Shown here: positions 1-50,230 of the stretch, in pieces
How positions within the stretch are numbered: position 1 is the stretch's first letter
Layout: the number at the start of each line of letters is the position of its first letter
Source of the DNA: the human T2T-CHM13v2.0 reference genome, Homo sapiens
Assembly (NCBI RefSeq): GCF_009914755.1
Contig: NC_060936.1
Reading direction: 5' to 3' (one strand)
Length of the DNA: 64,000 nt
The notes under the pieces: generated by a model
Seen by the model: only the letters and a program-made list of their open reading frames with translations
What the model was told of the DNA's origin: nothing
Database searches by the model: none
Program-made: the position numbers and the translations under genes

Positions 1-593
1 TTCCCTGTGGCAAGATTGGAATCAGGTGCTCCACCCCCTGGAAATGAGAACCAGACTTCTCAGCCTTTGCCAAAGACAAGGGACCCAGTTGAGATGAGAC
101 GGGGAGGGAAAGAAGGCCTTAGAGCCAGTGGTACTGACTGCTTTGGGCAAGCACTGGGCATTGAGCCCTGGGCACTGGGTTCTCAGAATTCCAACCTTCC
201 TTCCCCCCACCCCTTTTCATCATGGAAAATCCAGCAGGGAGGGTGAAGGAGGGAGAAAGTTTCAGGAAGTGCTCACTGCTAAAGGACGTTGGGGGAATGT
301 AGGAATGGCAACAGGTTCAGAACTTCTAGGAAGATGTCCCCTACCTTATCCCTACCCTCCACCTTCTGCTCCAGGGTGGCACGACTCAAACCTGCCCTAC
401 GGCCCATTAGCTCCATTCCATGAAGTTCCTATCCAGTACCAGGCACTGCAAAAGAAGGGAATGAGGTCAGACCATAGAAAGAACTTCCATCTCCATTTGG
501 AAAGGCTGGACTCAAGTTAAATGTAAGGAAGACCTTCTCAGAGGTCTCCTGCGAACTGGGAATGACGGTCCAGCTCTTTAAAATAGGGCAATG

Positions 594-1093
<500 letters not shown>

Positions 1094-1179
1094 CTAGCAC
1101 CACCAGGCTAAGCCACGGGTGGTCCTCTCAGGTCAGGCCCAAGCCCAGGCACACTCCTGTGGGGAGGGTAAGAGGCTGA

Positions 1180-2320
1180 CGCTGCGCGGCAGTTCCCTGT
1201 CCCCTTGTTCCTAGTCCCTTCTAGACCTACGCCCACCGTTTCTTCTGCGTCTGTCTGGCTCGCGTGTTTCTTTCTGCCTGTGTCCCGCCGGGTCAGGCTC
1301 TCCCCGTCTCTCAGACTTTCCCGTCCCCGTGTCCTCCGCGGCCGTCTCTCTCCAACTCTCTCCCCCTCTCAGCCACTTCCTGTCTCCAGTATGTCCCTGG
1401 CGCGGCCCGGCTGGCCGTCTGCGCACCCTCTCTCCCCTCGGCTCTTTGTGAGTGTGGGTTCGCGGGAGAAGGTGGGGAGGAGAGGAGGCCGAGGGGTGGG
1501 GAGCTGGCGGAACGTGGGGATTGGAGCCGGGAGGGAGGAGGAGGAGGAGCGGGCTGCCACGGGCGCGGGCGCGGGGCGCGGCGGGGGCGGGAGGGAGCCC
1601 AGCCGAGCCCGGCCGCCCGCTCCCGCCACTGCCACCGCCTCCTCCTCCGCGTCCGCTCGGCGCGGGCACGGGCGGGATGGGCTGGCCCGGCGGCTCCCCC
1701 TGCTGCTGCCCCGCCCCGCCGCGCCCCCGCCCGGCCGGGCGCCCCCCGCAGGTGAGTGGCCGCGCCGCGCTGGGCGGGCGGCGGTCTCTGCGTCACGGCC
1801 GCGCGGGCAGTGCCAGGGGCGGGCGCCAGGGGGCGCGGGGCCGCCGGAGGTCGAGAGGGCGCGGGGCGCGGGGCGCGGCCCAGGGCTGGGGCCGGGGGCT
1901 CTGGCTGGCCGCGGAGAGCTGGGAGCAGCGGGAGGCCGGGACAGTGACTAGGGGGCGGGGCGCGGCCGCGGCCCTACTCGATCAGGCCGCCACGCCTTCC
2001 AGCACCCGGGGCGCACGGGGCCGCACGCCGTGCCACACACGCAGGCCCGGGACCCGGCAGCAGCTGGCAGCGGCGCTCGGGCCCCGGCCTGGCAGGGTGC
2101 GGGCGAACGTTTTCCTTTCCTGCTTCACATGTGGGACAGAGGCCGTAAGCGGGCACAGATGAGGCTGATTCGACTCGCCAGCCCCGCTCTGCGGCCCCCT
2201 CCAGTCTGACCCCATCCTCCAGACCCTTCTGGGAACACCCCCAGAGCCGCCGCCCTCCCTCGCTCCTTCCCTGGGCCTTACCCCTCCTCCGCGGCGGCCG
2301 GGCTCCCAGCCTCCCTTCCA
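1180..2320. promoter_or_regulatory. CpG island / TNS2 distal promoter
   Basis: Very GC- and CpG-rich, multiple GGGGCGGGG boxes, G-runs. Confidence 0.85.
1677..1751 (+). CDS. TNS2: TNS2 alternative distal first coding exon (MGWPGGSPCCCPAPPRPRPAGRPPQ)
   Basis: ATG in strong Kozak context (gggATGG) inside a CpG island; 75 nt; consensus donor CAG|GTGAGT; phase 0, in frame with exon 2. Confidence 0.65.
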
Positions 2321-3521
2321 ACCACAGCTATTTCCAGGAAGGGGGGTGTGGGTGGAGGGGTTTCTCCAAACAAACCCAAGACTTCGGAGAGAGAGGGGGC
2401 CCGGCTGGGGGAGAGGTTGACAGGCTCTGGAATGTTACAGGCGGGAGGAGGGTGAGGGTCCAAGAGGGTCTAGTGATGCCTTCCCAGCCCTCCTCAAGTG
2501 AGCTACTTTTCCCCTCGGGACTGGCTCATAGGGATCCCATCCCTGCTTCCCTTCCGAGGTGCGAGTGCCACAGGATGGGAGGGACTCACAGCCACAGTGG
2601 ATCCTGACCACCCCACCCCTCACCGAGCTCACTGCTTGGGCACCTCCTTGCTGGGTCTGGGTGGGGAGTGTGAGACCAGTGAAGGTGAGAGGATGTCTGG
2701 GGACCTGTTCCAGGTGAGGGGACTTTCAGCCCCTATGGAGGCAGCAGGAGAGTGAAGCATGTAGAGGAGTCCTGGTCAGGGCCATGTGCCATAGGAGCAG
2801 AAGCTGGGACTGGACAGAAAAAAGCCACCCCCACTGCCCACCTTGTCACACTGCCCCATCTCCCCCAAGCAGGGCTGGGGGCTCGACAAGGCCAGGCCCG
2901 GTTGCCCACACTGGCCGGGGGCCTGGAATGTGCTGGGACACAGCCAGGCTGGCAGGATGGGGGTGGGTCACAGAGCCCGTGCTCCTCTCTAGTTACAGGC
3001 AGGGAGCCCAGGCCTGCCACACAGATGCCACCTTCTGGCCAGGATATCCTGGGGACACATTTCTTGGCCTGGAAAATTGGAGCTTCCAGGGAGAGGTGTC
3101 AGGCTAGGCCCAATCCAGTCAGGTCCTCGCAAGGGTCTCAAGTGGGCACCCACAGCAGGCCTCACCCCAGAGAATGCAGGATTCTTCATCCCAGGGAACC
3201 CATCCTGGTGGATATGAAGGAGCAGGAAGCAAGTAGAAGGGACTCCGTGGGAGAAGCCAGGGCTGGGGGAGTTGCCTGAGTACTGGGACATTCAATAAAT
3301 ACCATGCAAATGAGAGGGGCACATTTGCACATTCTTTCAAGTGACAGCTATAGCCTGTCCCAGGGGCTGCTGTCCACAGCTTGGGGCTGAAGACTCCCAG
3401 GCCATTAACCCCTTAGCTTTTAGGAAGATTACTCCCCCTTTTTCAAGGCCCCATCCACCTCCCTCCCTTGACTCCCAGGACGGGAAGTTGGCCATGTTCC
3501 CAGGAGGGAGGCCGGAGGCCC

Positions 3522-3626
3522 ATGGATGGGGGTGGAGTATGTGTTGGGAGGGGGGACCTCCTGTCCAGTCCTCAGGCCCTGGGACAGCTGCTGAGGAAGG
3601 AGAGCAGACCCAGGAGAGCCATGAAG
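3522..3626 (+). CDS. TNS2: TNS2 alternative first coding exon (MDGGGVCVGRGDLL...RAMK; gives 1419 aa isoform)
   Basis: ATG at 3522, 105 nt, AAG|GTAG donor, phase 0; recognised TNS2 isoform N-terminus. Confidence 0.85.
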
Positions 3627-4563
3627 GTAGTACTCAGGCTTCGGGGTTGCCGCGGGGGGAGGGTGCAGCCCTTGGGTAGAGAGCCCAAGTTGCAGGGCTG
3701 GAAAGAGGGCTAGGGATCTGTGAGATCATGTCTGAAACAAAGCCAGGGAATGGGTGAGTGGGGGGCACTGTGTCAGGAGCAGAAACCTGGGGGCTTTCAG
3801 GAGAAGGGCCTCATATGCCTTAGGCTGTGGCAGGAGAATGGATTACTCCCCAAACCTGAGCAAAGCAGTCTTGTGGCTGGAACTTGGCCTTGCAAGGTGT
3901 ATTGAGGGTAAAGGTGGGCGGTGCATGCTTTCCTTTTCCTACTTCATAACGAGTGAAACTGAGACAGGAAGGGGGCCCCCAGTCCCATTTTTACCTGACT
4001 CTCAGGACACACTCGGGATCCTGGGCCTGCCTGCTGGTAGTAGTTCCCAGCTCCACTCCCTCCCCAGCGGAAGTCCCTCGAGAGCTTGAGAGTTCAGGCT
4101 GGAGCCTGGCTGGGACACACTGTTCCCCACTTGCCCTTTAGCCCTGCCCCGAGACCAGAATTCTCACCCGGCCCCACCGGGGGTGGGGGCAGAATCTCAA
4201 GACCATGGATCCCTGCAGATCCCTGGAGAGTGTGGTGTCCCAGGTGTGGGACAACTCCAGAGTTGGGGGAGTAGGGGGAGCAAAAGATCACAGGCTGACA
4301 CTCCCAGCAGGGTAGATCCTGGGAATCTGATCTCCTGGCCTCCCCCACATCCTCCCCCCTCCACTTCCTGGAGCAGCGACCTGCCCCCTTCCCGCCTGCA
4401 CTTCCCTCCACTTCCAGGGCCGGGCTTCTCCTCACACCAGCCAGACAGCCTACCCTCCGCCCAGGGGAAGCGGCTGCCTCCGCCAGGCCGCTTCCAGGAA
4501 GCCCCGGGCCAGGCCCCAGCATTGTTCAGGCCCTGGGGCCAGCACCCCAGCCAGCCGAACACC

Positions 4564-18249
<13,686 letters not shown>

Positions 18250-18715
18250 AGGAAGGCCACAAGCTCAGAGCCCACATCAACACTGCCCCCCTCCCAGCAC
18301 CCCACAGCCCTCACATCCCCTAGCCTGGACCCAGGAGACCCAGGAGAAAGCACCCTCCCTTAGGAATGAGGAGTGGGCATCAGGCCTGGGACACTGCTCT
18401 CCTTCCCCGCCCCCAGCCTGCTAAGTTAAGTGGACAGGCCCACAAGATGACCTTGCATGTGAGCAGATGGCAGAGATGGGTGTGTGAGGGGTGAGGAGGC
18501 ATCAGCAGTTGAGCCCCGAAGGAGATCAGGCAGCCCCACCTGCAGGAGAACGTCAGCCCTCCAGGGGATCAGCCCCTGCCAGTTCCACCCAGCTGCAGGT
18601 GCCAGCACGGCAGGGATGGGAGAGGGGTGGGGAGCGAGTCACTGCCTCCTCTGAGCAGAGATTCAGAGTAGGATCACATGAATAGGGGAAAAAAGAGAGT
18701 CTATTTTTGTCTAAT

Positions 18716-18721
18716 AATAAA
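18716..18721 (+). terminator. TNS2 polyadenylation signal
   Basis: AATAAA 467 nt after the stop codon. Confidence 0.85.
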
Positions 18722-20198
18722 GAATTTCTATAAACTTTAGCCGAAATTGGAGTCAACACTTATTCACAGGAAGGTCAAAGCCTCATCTCCCAGGGGACGT
18801 ATCTGTGCTCAGGCCTGTAGCCAGGCCCATGGAACATATGATTCCCATCCCTGGCCCAACATTGGTCCACATCTCCCCATGAGCAAGCTGCCTTCGGCTG
18901 CCCCCATCCAGCAGTCCTGTTCCTAGCCCAGTGGACTAGAAAGGCTCCTGGTTCCGGCCATACTGATAAATACGGAAACTCCATCTTTATCGGCTGTATA
19001 AACATCTCTGGTCTGTACATACATTTCATACATCGTAGGGTGGGAAGCGAGGGCCAAAGGGAGGCCCAGCAGCACAACAGCTCACCCGCTTTCCCTACAG
19101 CCCTACCCGCTCTGTGCAAACCAAGGCCAACAGCTCCTGCTGCCTCTTCCTCCCTGGAAAAGTCACTGTTACGGGGAGGGGGCCAGGGGTTGAAGGATTA
19201 GAAGGAGATAGAGGGCTTGGTGGGGAGGACACATGTAAGTGCTAGAATCAAACACTGAAGCGAAACAGGCAACTGGCACAAGCAGCAAGCTGAGGCATGG
19301 GACGGGGCAGGAAGAGGGGAGGGAGGGGCCACGCTGCCCCTCTGGGCTTGCTCAGCTAAGGCTCTGGGGTCTTGCCCTCACGCTGGCAGGGAGACAGGCC
19401 CCAGAGCCTCAGCCCCAATACCCGGGAGCTAGGGACATGGGTGGCACTGGTAAAGAAAGGATGGAAGGGGAGAAAGGAGTGAAGGCCCTAGTGCCCTGTC
19501 ACCTCACAGCCCCTCTCTCTTAAACATGCAACAGGCACCCACCCATGTGGGTCCAGGTATGGGGAGCCAGAGACCTAGATCCTCTGTGGTGCCTGAGCAG
19601 GTTGGGGTGGGGAGCCAGCTCTCAAGGGAAAGATGGAGAGCCTAGAGGAGTCTTCCTGGGGCAGCAGCCAGTGAAAGGACAGAGATGACCAAAGAGAGGT
19701 CCCCTGGCCCTGCCAGGGGTATGACAGCAGCAACTGGTTCACACAACCAGGAAAGAAAACAAGAAAGAGGAATTCAAGGAGAAATACCATGGTGAGTAGG
19801 GGAGGGGGCTGTCTACTCTACCCTCTACAAAGCATCATGCCCGAATAGCAGCTGAGATAGGGTGCTCACGCCTCTCCACCCACACAGGGCCGGTGAGGGA
19901 AAGGGGGACCCAGAAGCCCACTGACCAAAGCGAGTGGGACCACCCACATACCAACACCATTCTTTGGGTCCATTCCTGTCCAACCAGGGACTCAGGCCCA
20001 GGGACTGACAACAGTGGCAGCACCAGGTCAGAAACGTGGGCACAGAGAAGCGTGACAGGGGCCTGAGCCAGTGGGGGCAGAGTGACTACACACCTCCAGG
20101 GGCCTGCTGGGTAAACGAAGCCTCTGGGAAGTCAGGAACTGGGTGCCTGGCCCAGCAGAGGGTGAGCAGGGAGAAGGAGCAGGTCTGGAGGGGAGGCC

Positions 20199-33701
<13,503 letters not shown>

Positions 33702-34491
33702 CCATAGGCCTCTCAGCTCCGCACACAAGCTCTTCGGCCGCCGCCACCACACACATCCGGGTCCCCGCCTTTCCTTCACTCCTAGAGGCCCGCCCCGTCC
33801 CCCATCTAAGCCAATCAGCAACGGCCTCTACGACGGGCACCTGCAGGAGCCAATCGGAAGGCGCAGGCAGGGTGTGGGGCGCGGCCCGGTGCCCTGGGTA
33901 CCCAGCTCAGGGCCCCGGTCTGGTCAACCCGGCTGTTGCTGGGGTGAGCGAAGGCGACGTGGCAGCGCGGACGCTGCTGGGTGCCTGGGCGCCGCTGAGG
34001 CGGACAGGGGGCGGCTCTTGAGCGGCGCCGGGGAGACGGGACGGGCGGAGAAGGTGGCCACGCTCGCACAAACGTTGCGAGTATTACTTGAGCCCTCCTT
34101 CCGCGCTGGACTGAAATAAAAGCTTTACCGGAATGTCCATTTAATCCACGGTGCAGCCTTATGAAATAAATCTTATCTCCTTTTTACGGATGGGCCGAAG
34201 GCTGGCCTCGATAGCCTGCGCGCTTAACTGTTATGCTGTGTACCCTCCCGAGCTCTGTTTCATGGCACCGCTCGCTCATTATTGGCAAGAACATTCCATT
34301 CCAGGAGGAGAGAACTGGGGATGCAGAAGGCACAGTGGCACGAAGCGGCATTCTGTGGAGGAACACAGGGCTTTGGTAGGCTGAAGGAAAGTTAGACTGG
34401 GGTTAGAATGTGAAGGGACGAAGACACGAATATTTATTGAACACCTACTAGGGAGTGCCTACCTGCCATTCTGGGGGGGTTGGACTCCTAG

Positions 34492-34874
<383 letters not shown>

Positions 34875-35619
34875 CATTTATAACACTTATTACCGTCTTG
34901 CTTTCGTTATTGGAGTTACTTGTGTGTGTAGACCCGTCTCTGCTAGACTGTGAGCTCCTTCAGACCCCAGACTATTCTATTCTTATCACACTAGGTACTC
35001 TAACGTGTTGAGTGCCAGGAAAGCCATCAGCTCGCATACCGTGAATAGTGCCCACTCGGCATAACGGCAATGGGTGATAGGAATAGATGAGATGGGAAAC
35101 AGAGAAACCCGGATTAGAGCCCCAATTCTGTGTGACTAAAAGGTCAAGGTCTTGGTGTTCTCATCCCTAAACAAGAATTATTGAAGTATGTGTTCTTTTA
35201 GCTCCCTTCCAGCCCCTGGATGACTCAGTTCTGAATAGCTACCCTTCCAACTCATCTCCACCTCCTTTTGATTCCCTCATTGCTTCTCCTCCGCTCCTCT
35301 TCTTGTGTTATGAAAATACCTCAACACTGAGCTCAGCTCTTCCCAAAGGCAGCCAGAGAGGGACAATCTTAGGAGGCTGCCAGAGTCATGTTCATCCCAG
35401 ACCAGGGCTCATTCCAGAAACTAACTAGCTAGGTGGCTAGGGTCAGACATGGAGAGAAATGGCAGAAGAAGGCATTTCCAAACTGTTACTGATGGTTGGT
35501 GATTCCACTCGGGATTTCCTCACCTTTAAGTTCCAGATGTGGGGCTGACCTTTTTGGCGAATTCTCCATCCATTGGCATGCTCAGGACCCAGTTGGTAAT
35601 TTGTGCTTGGTGTCTACAT

Positions 35620-39560
<3,941 letters not shown>

Positions 39561-40144
39561 GATGTATGAAATTTAATTGCTATCTTCCTAAATGTACTCT
39601 GGCTGTTTAATATTAAATTATAGGCCCTCAGCTCAAAATTTTAGGAAAGGAAAAAAATATTTACTATATTTGATATTTTGTTCAGAGCCCAAGATACTTC
39701 TTCAACAGCTGTGCCACAGATAGGCTCTAGGAGTGCATAGCTGGCCTGCCCAAAAGGATAAGACCCAGCCCTCAAACAGCCCCAGGTTGTTTTTGGAAAG
39801 AACCCAGACTTAGGCTTGGGGTATTCTCATAGCTCAGGAAGAGGAAAGAGAGGAAATCTAGTCTTTTCATGACTTGCCAGAAATCTTTTATCTATTATTT
39901 TATTAACTTGTTTCTAACTTTTTTCTTTTTCAGCTTGTGCTGTTTGTTATAATAATATATTTCTTGTTTTTATTCCCTACCACATCCCCAACATAAGGCA
40001 ATCATTCTTTTTATTTGCCTTAAAGCAATCTTTCTCTTGCCCTAGAAATTGCACACAGATTGAGTATTTAGAGAATTTAGCAAACAAGTCTGTATTTAAC
40101 TTATCCGCACCCTTGATGTCTTTTTACATTATGAAATTTTTTGT

Positions 40145-40320
40145 GGGGTTGAGGGGAGGGAGAGCATCAGGAAAAATAGCTAATGGATGCTGGGCATAAT
40201 ACCTAGATGATGGGATGCTCCGTGCCGCAAACCACCATGGCACACTTGTTTACCTATGTAACAAACCTGCACATCTTGCACGTGTACCTCTGAACTTGGA
40301 AGTTGAAGAAAAAAGAAAAA
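40145..40320 (+). mobile_element. L1PA 3' end
   Basis: GGGAGGGAGAGCATCAGGA..ATAGCTAATG..TACCTATGTAACAAACCTGCAC. Confidence 0.85.
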
Positions 40321-40491
40321 GGAAAGTTTTCGTGTTTCAGTGAAAAGAGTTTTGAACTTGGAATCTAGTGGATTCTGCCATCTAGCTGTGTGGCCTTTGG
40401 CAAGATATTTAACTTATTTGGATACGTCTTCTTATCTACAAAGTGGAGATGGTAATGGAACATCATGAGAATTGTACAAACATAAATAAGC

Positions 40492-40806
<315 letters not shown>

Positions 40807-41916
40807 TTAGTGAATTTGAGTTGAATCTGAATATATCTGCCTCCTCTTCAGATTGAAGAGCCCTCTTCTGTTCGGTTAGCTCTGACAGGCTATTTTCCCA
40901 TCCTGCTGAAACACTGTCTTTCTCTGGATCTTTTCCAGTCCAGTGAGGTCTTCCAAGGCACAGATTTCCAGCTACAAACAAAACAGCTTTGAAACAGGGT
41001 ACCATCATTCATTCAACAAATACTGACTACCTTAGTATGAGCCAGAAACTGAGCTAGACACTTCATTCATTTATTACAGAAAAAAATCATTGAGTGTCTG
41101 ATATGTATGTTACATGAATTATCTCTAACAATCCTATAAAGTAAATATTGCTACCCACATTTAACAGAGGTTAGATAGAGGATACGGCCCCTATCCTTAA
41201 GGAGTTCATAAGCCAGCTAAAAGCTGCTGGAAATACAAGACAAACTACAAGAGACGTTAAGAAGGGACACATGATTGTTAGAGACACGTGTGCCCCCTCT
41301 GCCTGGAAGCCTTTCCCTCAATTCCTTCCCTCACAAATTCCTATTCCTCCAAGATTCAACCAAAGCATTGTCTCCTCTGTGAAGCCTTCTGTGCTGCTTC
41401 CAGGCAAGCTTAAGTCTCTCTCCTCTTGATCCCTCTTATCCTTATATAGTGTCATTGTTGATTTACCTGTTTTCCTGATAGACTATGAGCTCCTTGGGAT
41501 TAGGATAAACAGACTTACTCAATTTCACCCAGACCTTGATAATAAAAATCAAAGAACACATGGTTAGAGAGGAAGCAAAAGGTTAGAGGTGTGATCATGA
41601 GTAAAACTTTGCAGGTGTGAATTCAAAGAATATATTTGGTCAAGATGGAATCGTTCTTGCAAGGTAATAATAGGATTATAGAATTAGTGGCTTTAAACCC
41701 AAGAATTTGGACTTGACACTAGAATAAATAGGGAGTCATTGAAGGTTTCTGAGCAGAAGAGTTATTTGCTGTATTTTCATTTCAGAAAGAATAGTTTGTG
41801 TTTAGAGCAGATAGTGTCTGAAAACTGGGTAGTCCATAGGAAATGATTGCCATGGCCCAGGTGAAAGACGATGAGAACCAAACCATCATGATGGCCTTAG
41901 AAATGAAAAAACTGAC

Positions 41917-42208
41917 TGGGTACAGGTGGCTCATGGCTGTAATCCCAGCACTATGGGAGGCCAAGGCGGGCGGATCACCTGAAGTCAGGAGTTTGAGACC
42001 AGCCTGGCCAACATGGCGAAACCCCGTCTCTACTAAAAATACAAAAATTAGCCGGGCATGGTGGCGGGCGCCTGTGCTTGGGAGGCTGAGGCATGAGAAT
42101 CGCTTAAACTCAGGAGGCAGAGGTTGCAGAGAGCTGAGATCAAGCCACTGCACTCCAGCCTGGGTGACAGAGCAAGACTCCATCTCAGAAAAAAAAAAAA
42201 AAAAAAAA
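41917..42208 (+). mobile_element. Alu
   Basis: Full dimer with small internal deletion plus poly-A. Confidence 0.9.
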
Positions 42209-42209
42209 G

Positions 42210-45680
<3,471 letters not shown>

Positions 45681-46692
45681 GGCTGATTTTCTCAGTTGTT
45701 TATCGTATGTTGGATAAACAGATATTAGCACTAAGTTCTCTGGGAGCACAATTCCTACTTATGTCCATATCTCCCAGTTACATCTACATAAATAGGTGCC
45801 CTATGAATCCATTGAATGACTGAATATACTTTTATTCATTTAAATATTTAAAAAAGCAAGACGCAGGTCCTTAGTTGCTCCTTTTTGTTCACTAATGATT
45901 CCCAACTCCCAATCATCTGGCTGGCTCCAGCCCAGTCTAGAAAAGTCTTGTTCCCTTTCCAGCTCTCCTTCCTCTGATGTACCGAAACACTGGGGACCCA
46001 GGTGGAGCACACATGCACACACACACATCAACACGCATATGCTGTTTTGCTCTCCCTGCCCTTTTACCTTTACAACTGTTACACAAAGATGTGCTTTCCT
46101 CCTTGGGATGCCTTCACCATCCCCTCTCTTCATCCCTATCCATCTCTTCTCCCAAACTCTCTTGTAAAGCCCTGTTCCCTGGGAAGTCCTGTTTGATTTA
46201 CCCTCGGGGCAGTTTTCCCTCTCCTGACAGCACTCTGGGCCTCTCAGACTATTGGCCTTTACCTGAGAGCAGGGAGAAGATGAAGAAAAGAGAGAGGAAG
46301 CGCTGAAGGGGTGGGAGGGCCAAGAGAGCTCCTGGAGTAGGCTGGGCTAGCGCCTAGGTCCAGGAGGATGGCGGAGCCTCCAGAAGTGTTGCAGTATCTC
46401 CGTCACCTCTCTGTCCCTCCCCCAGGACTGCCTTTGCTCCCACCAAAAACACCGATATTTCCTGGTGTCTATTCTAAAGTCCTTCTATGGGCTGGAAGCT
46501 GGAGGCCCAGAGATAAAAAAGGAATGGGGGCCCTATTCTCAAAACACCCACAATCTAACTGGAAAAATGATGCAGGAAAAGAGGAGCAAAAATATAAAAT
46601 AGCAACACAATAATGTGGATGAATTAAAAGGAAGGCAGGGTGTCAACTGGCCAAGTAGGTGAGGAAGAGGTGCCAGAATTTGGTTAATGATG

Positions 46693-47408
<716 letters not shown>

Positions 47409-47579
47409 TCATCCTCATTTCCCCTTATCCCATTTCAATCCCCAAGATGAGAAACTACCAGGGGGTTCTGGGGAAGGTGATTCAGCCAGCTAACTGAAGC
47501 AGAGTGTGTTTCAGGGTCATTGTCTACGGGACCCTGAATGTCAGGTGGAGCACAGGTTCTATGGTAGGGGAGGACATCG

Positions 47580-48115
<536 letters not shown>

Positions 48116-49076
48116 GTAAAGTGCCCCCGAAATCCTTGAGGAGAAGAGAATTATGGGATCAGGAGCACATTTCAGCAGGACCAGTTTGGATGGTATGTGT
48201 GGGAGAGATGGCAGAAAACAGAGGCTGCAGGTTAGCTGAGGTTTACACAGTAGTTCCCATCAGGCCCACGTCAGCCTTAGGCCATGTCATGATGTGATGT
48301 GGTCATTGAACTTCCTCTCTGGGACTTTCTGTCTGTGGACTGTGCCACTGTTTCTCGTCTCAAATTTAAAGCTGAATATGGTCCAGGCAGGCCCCTTCCT
48401 TTATCCCTTGTTCTCAAAAGGAAGTCAGCACTTGGGGCACCATGAATTTAGAGGGACGGGTTGAGTGTGAGAGACACAGCATGAAGGATCAGAAAACCAG
48501 GGTATAATGTAGATGCGGAGGAGGAAGTTCCAGTAGAGTTTGTTTATGGAAAAGCTTAAGTGATAGCCCAAGCTATTTAGCCTTTCCTCAGCCTGGAAGA
48601 AACTTCTCAGCAAACCCTTCTCACACAAAGGCCAGACAGAATCCGACAGTTTTGTACCTTGGCCCACACTCTTGGTCTGAGTGCTGAACATGTGCTTCAG
48701 ATTTCTGCCCTGGGTACTAAGGCAGAGGGCATCCCAATGGCAGGAAGGCAGAGTTCAAGCGTCTCAGTCTGCAAAGAGACCGGTTAGACCCTCAGTGCTG
48801 ATGGCCATACAACTGGGGATCATGCTAGAGGGAGGGGGAAACAGGGAAGTGTAATCCTGGGGTGGTGGGTGGAACTGGACTGTGCAATCGGGCTTAGAAT
48901 CTAGAAAGTAACAGCTGGGCAGGTGGGAGCGGCAGGCAGGGAGAATCTGAGGCAGTGGTAGCAGCGTGGGAAGCGGGGGCTGGAAATTGAGGAGGGTTGA
49001 GGAGGGAGTGGTGGATGTTAGAAGCTGGCAAAGTGTTGGGCTTTTTCTGAACGATAACCTACAAAGGAGTAGCACA

Positions 49077-50230
<1,154 letters not shown>

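Noticed and set aside
1205-2321. Several long overlapping ORFs (up to 248 aa) on both strands
   Set aside because: Stop-codon depletion in a CpG island; low-complexity Arg/Gly/Pro/Ala; only 1677-1751 has exon signals
4183-4563. Stop-free in-frame extension upstream of MKSSG
   Set aside because: Non-AUG start with no evidence of use, probably upstream of the TSS
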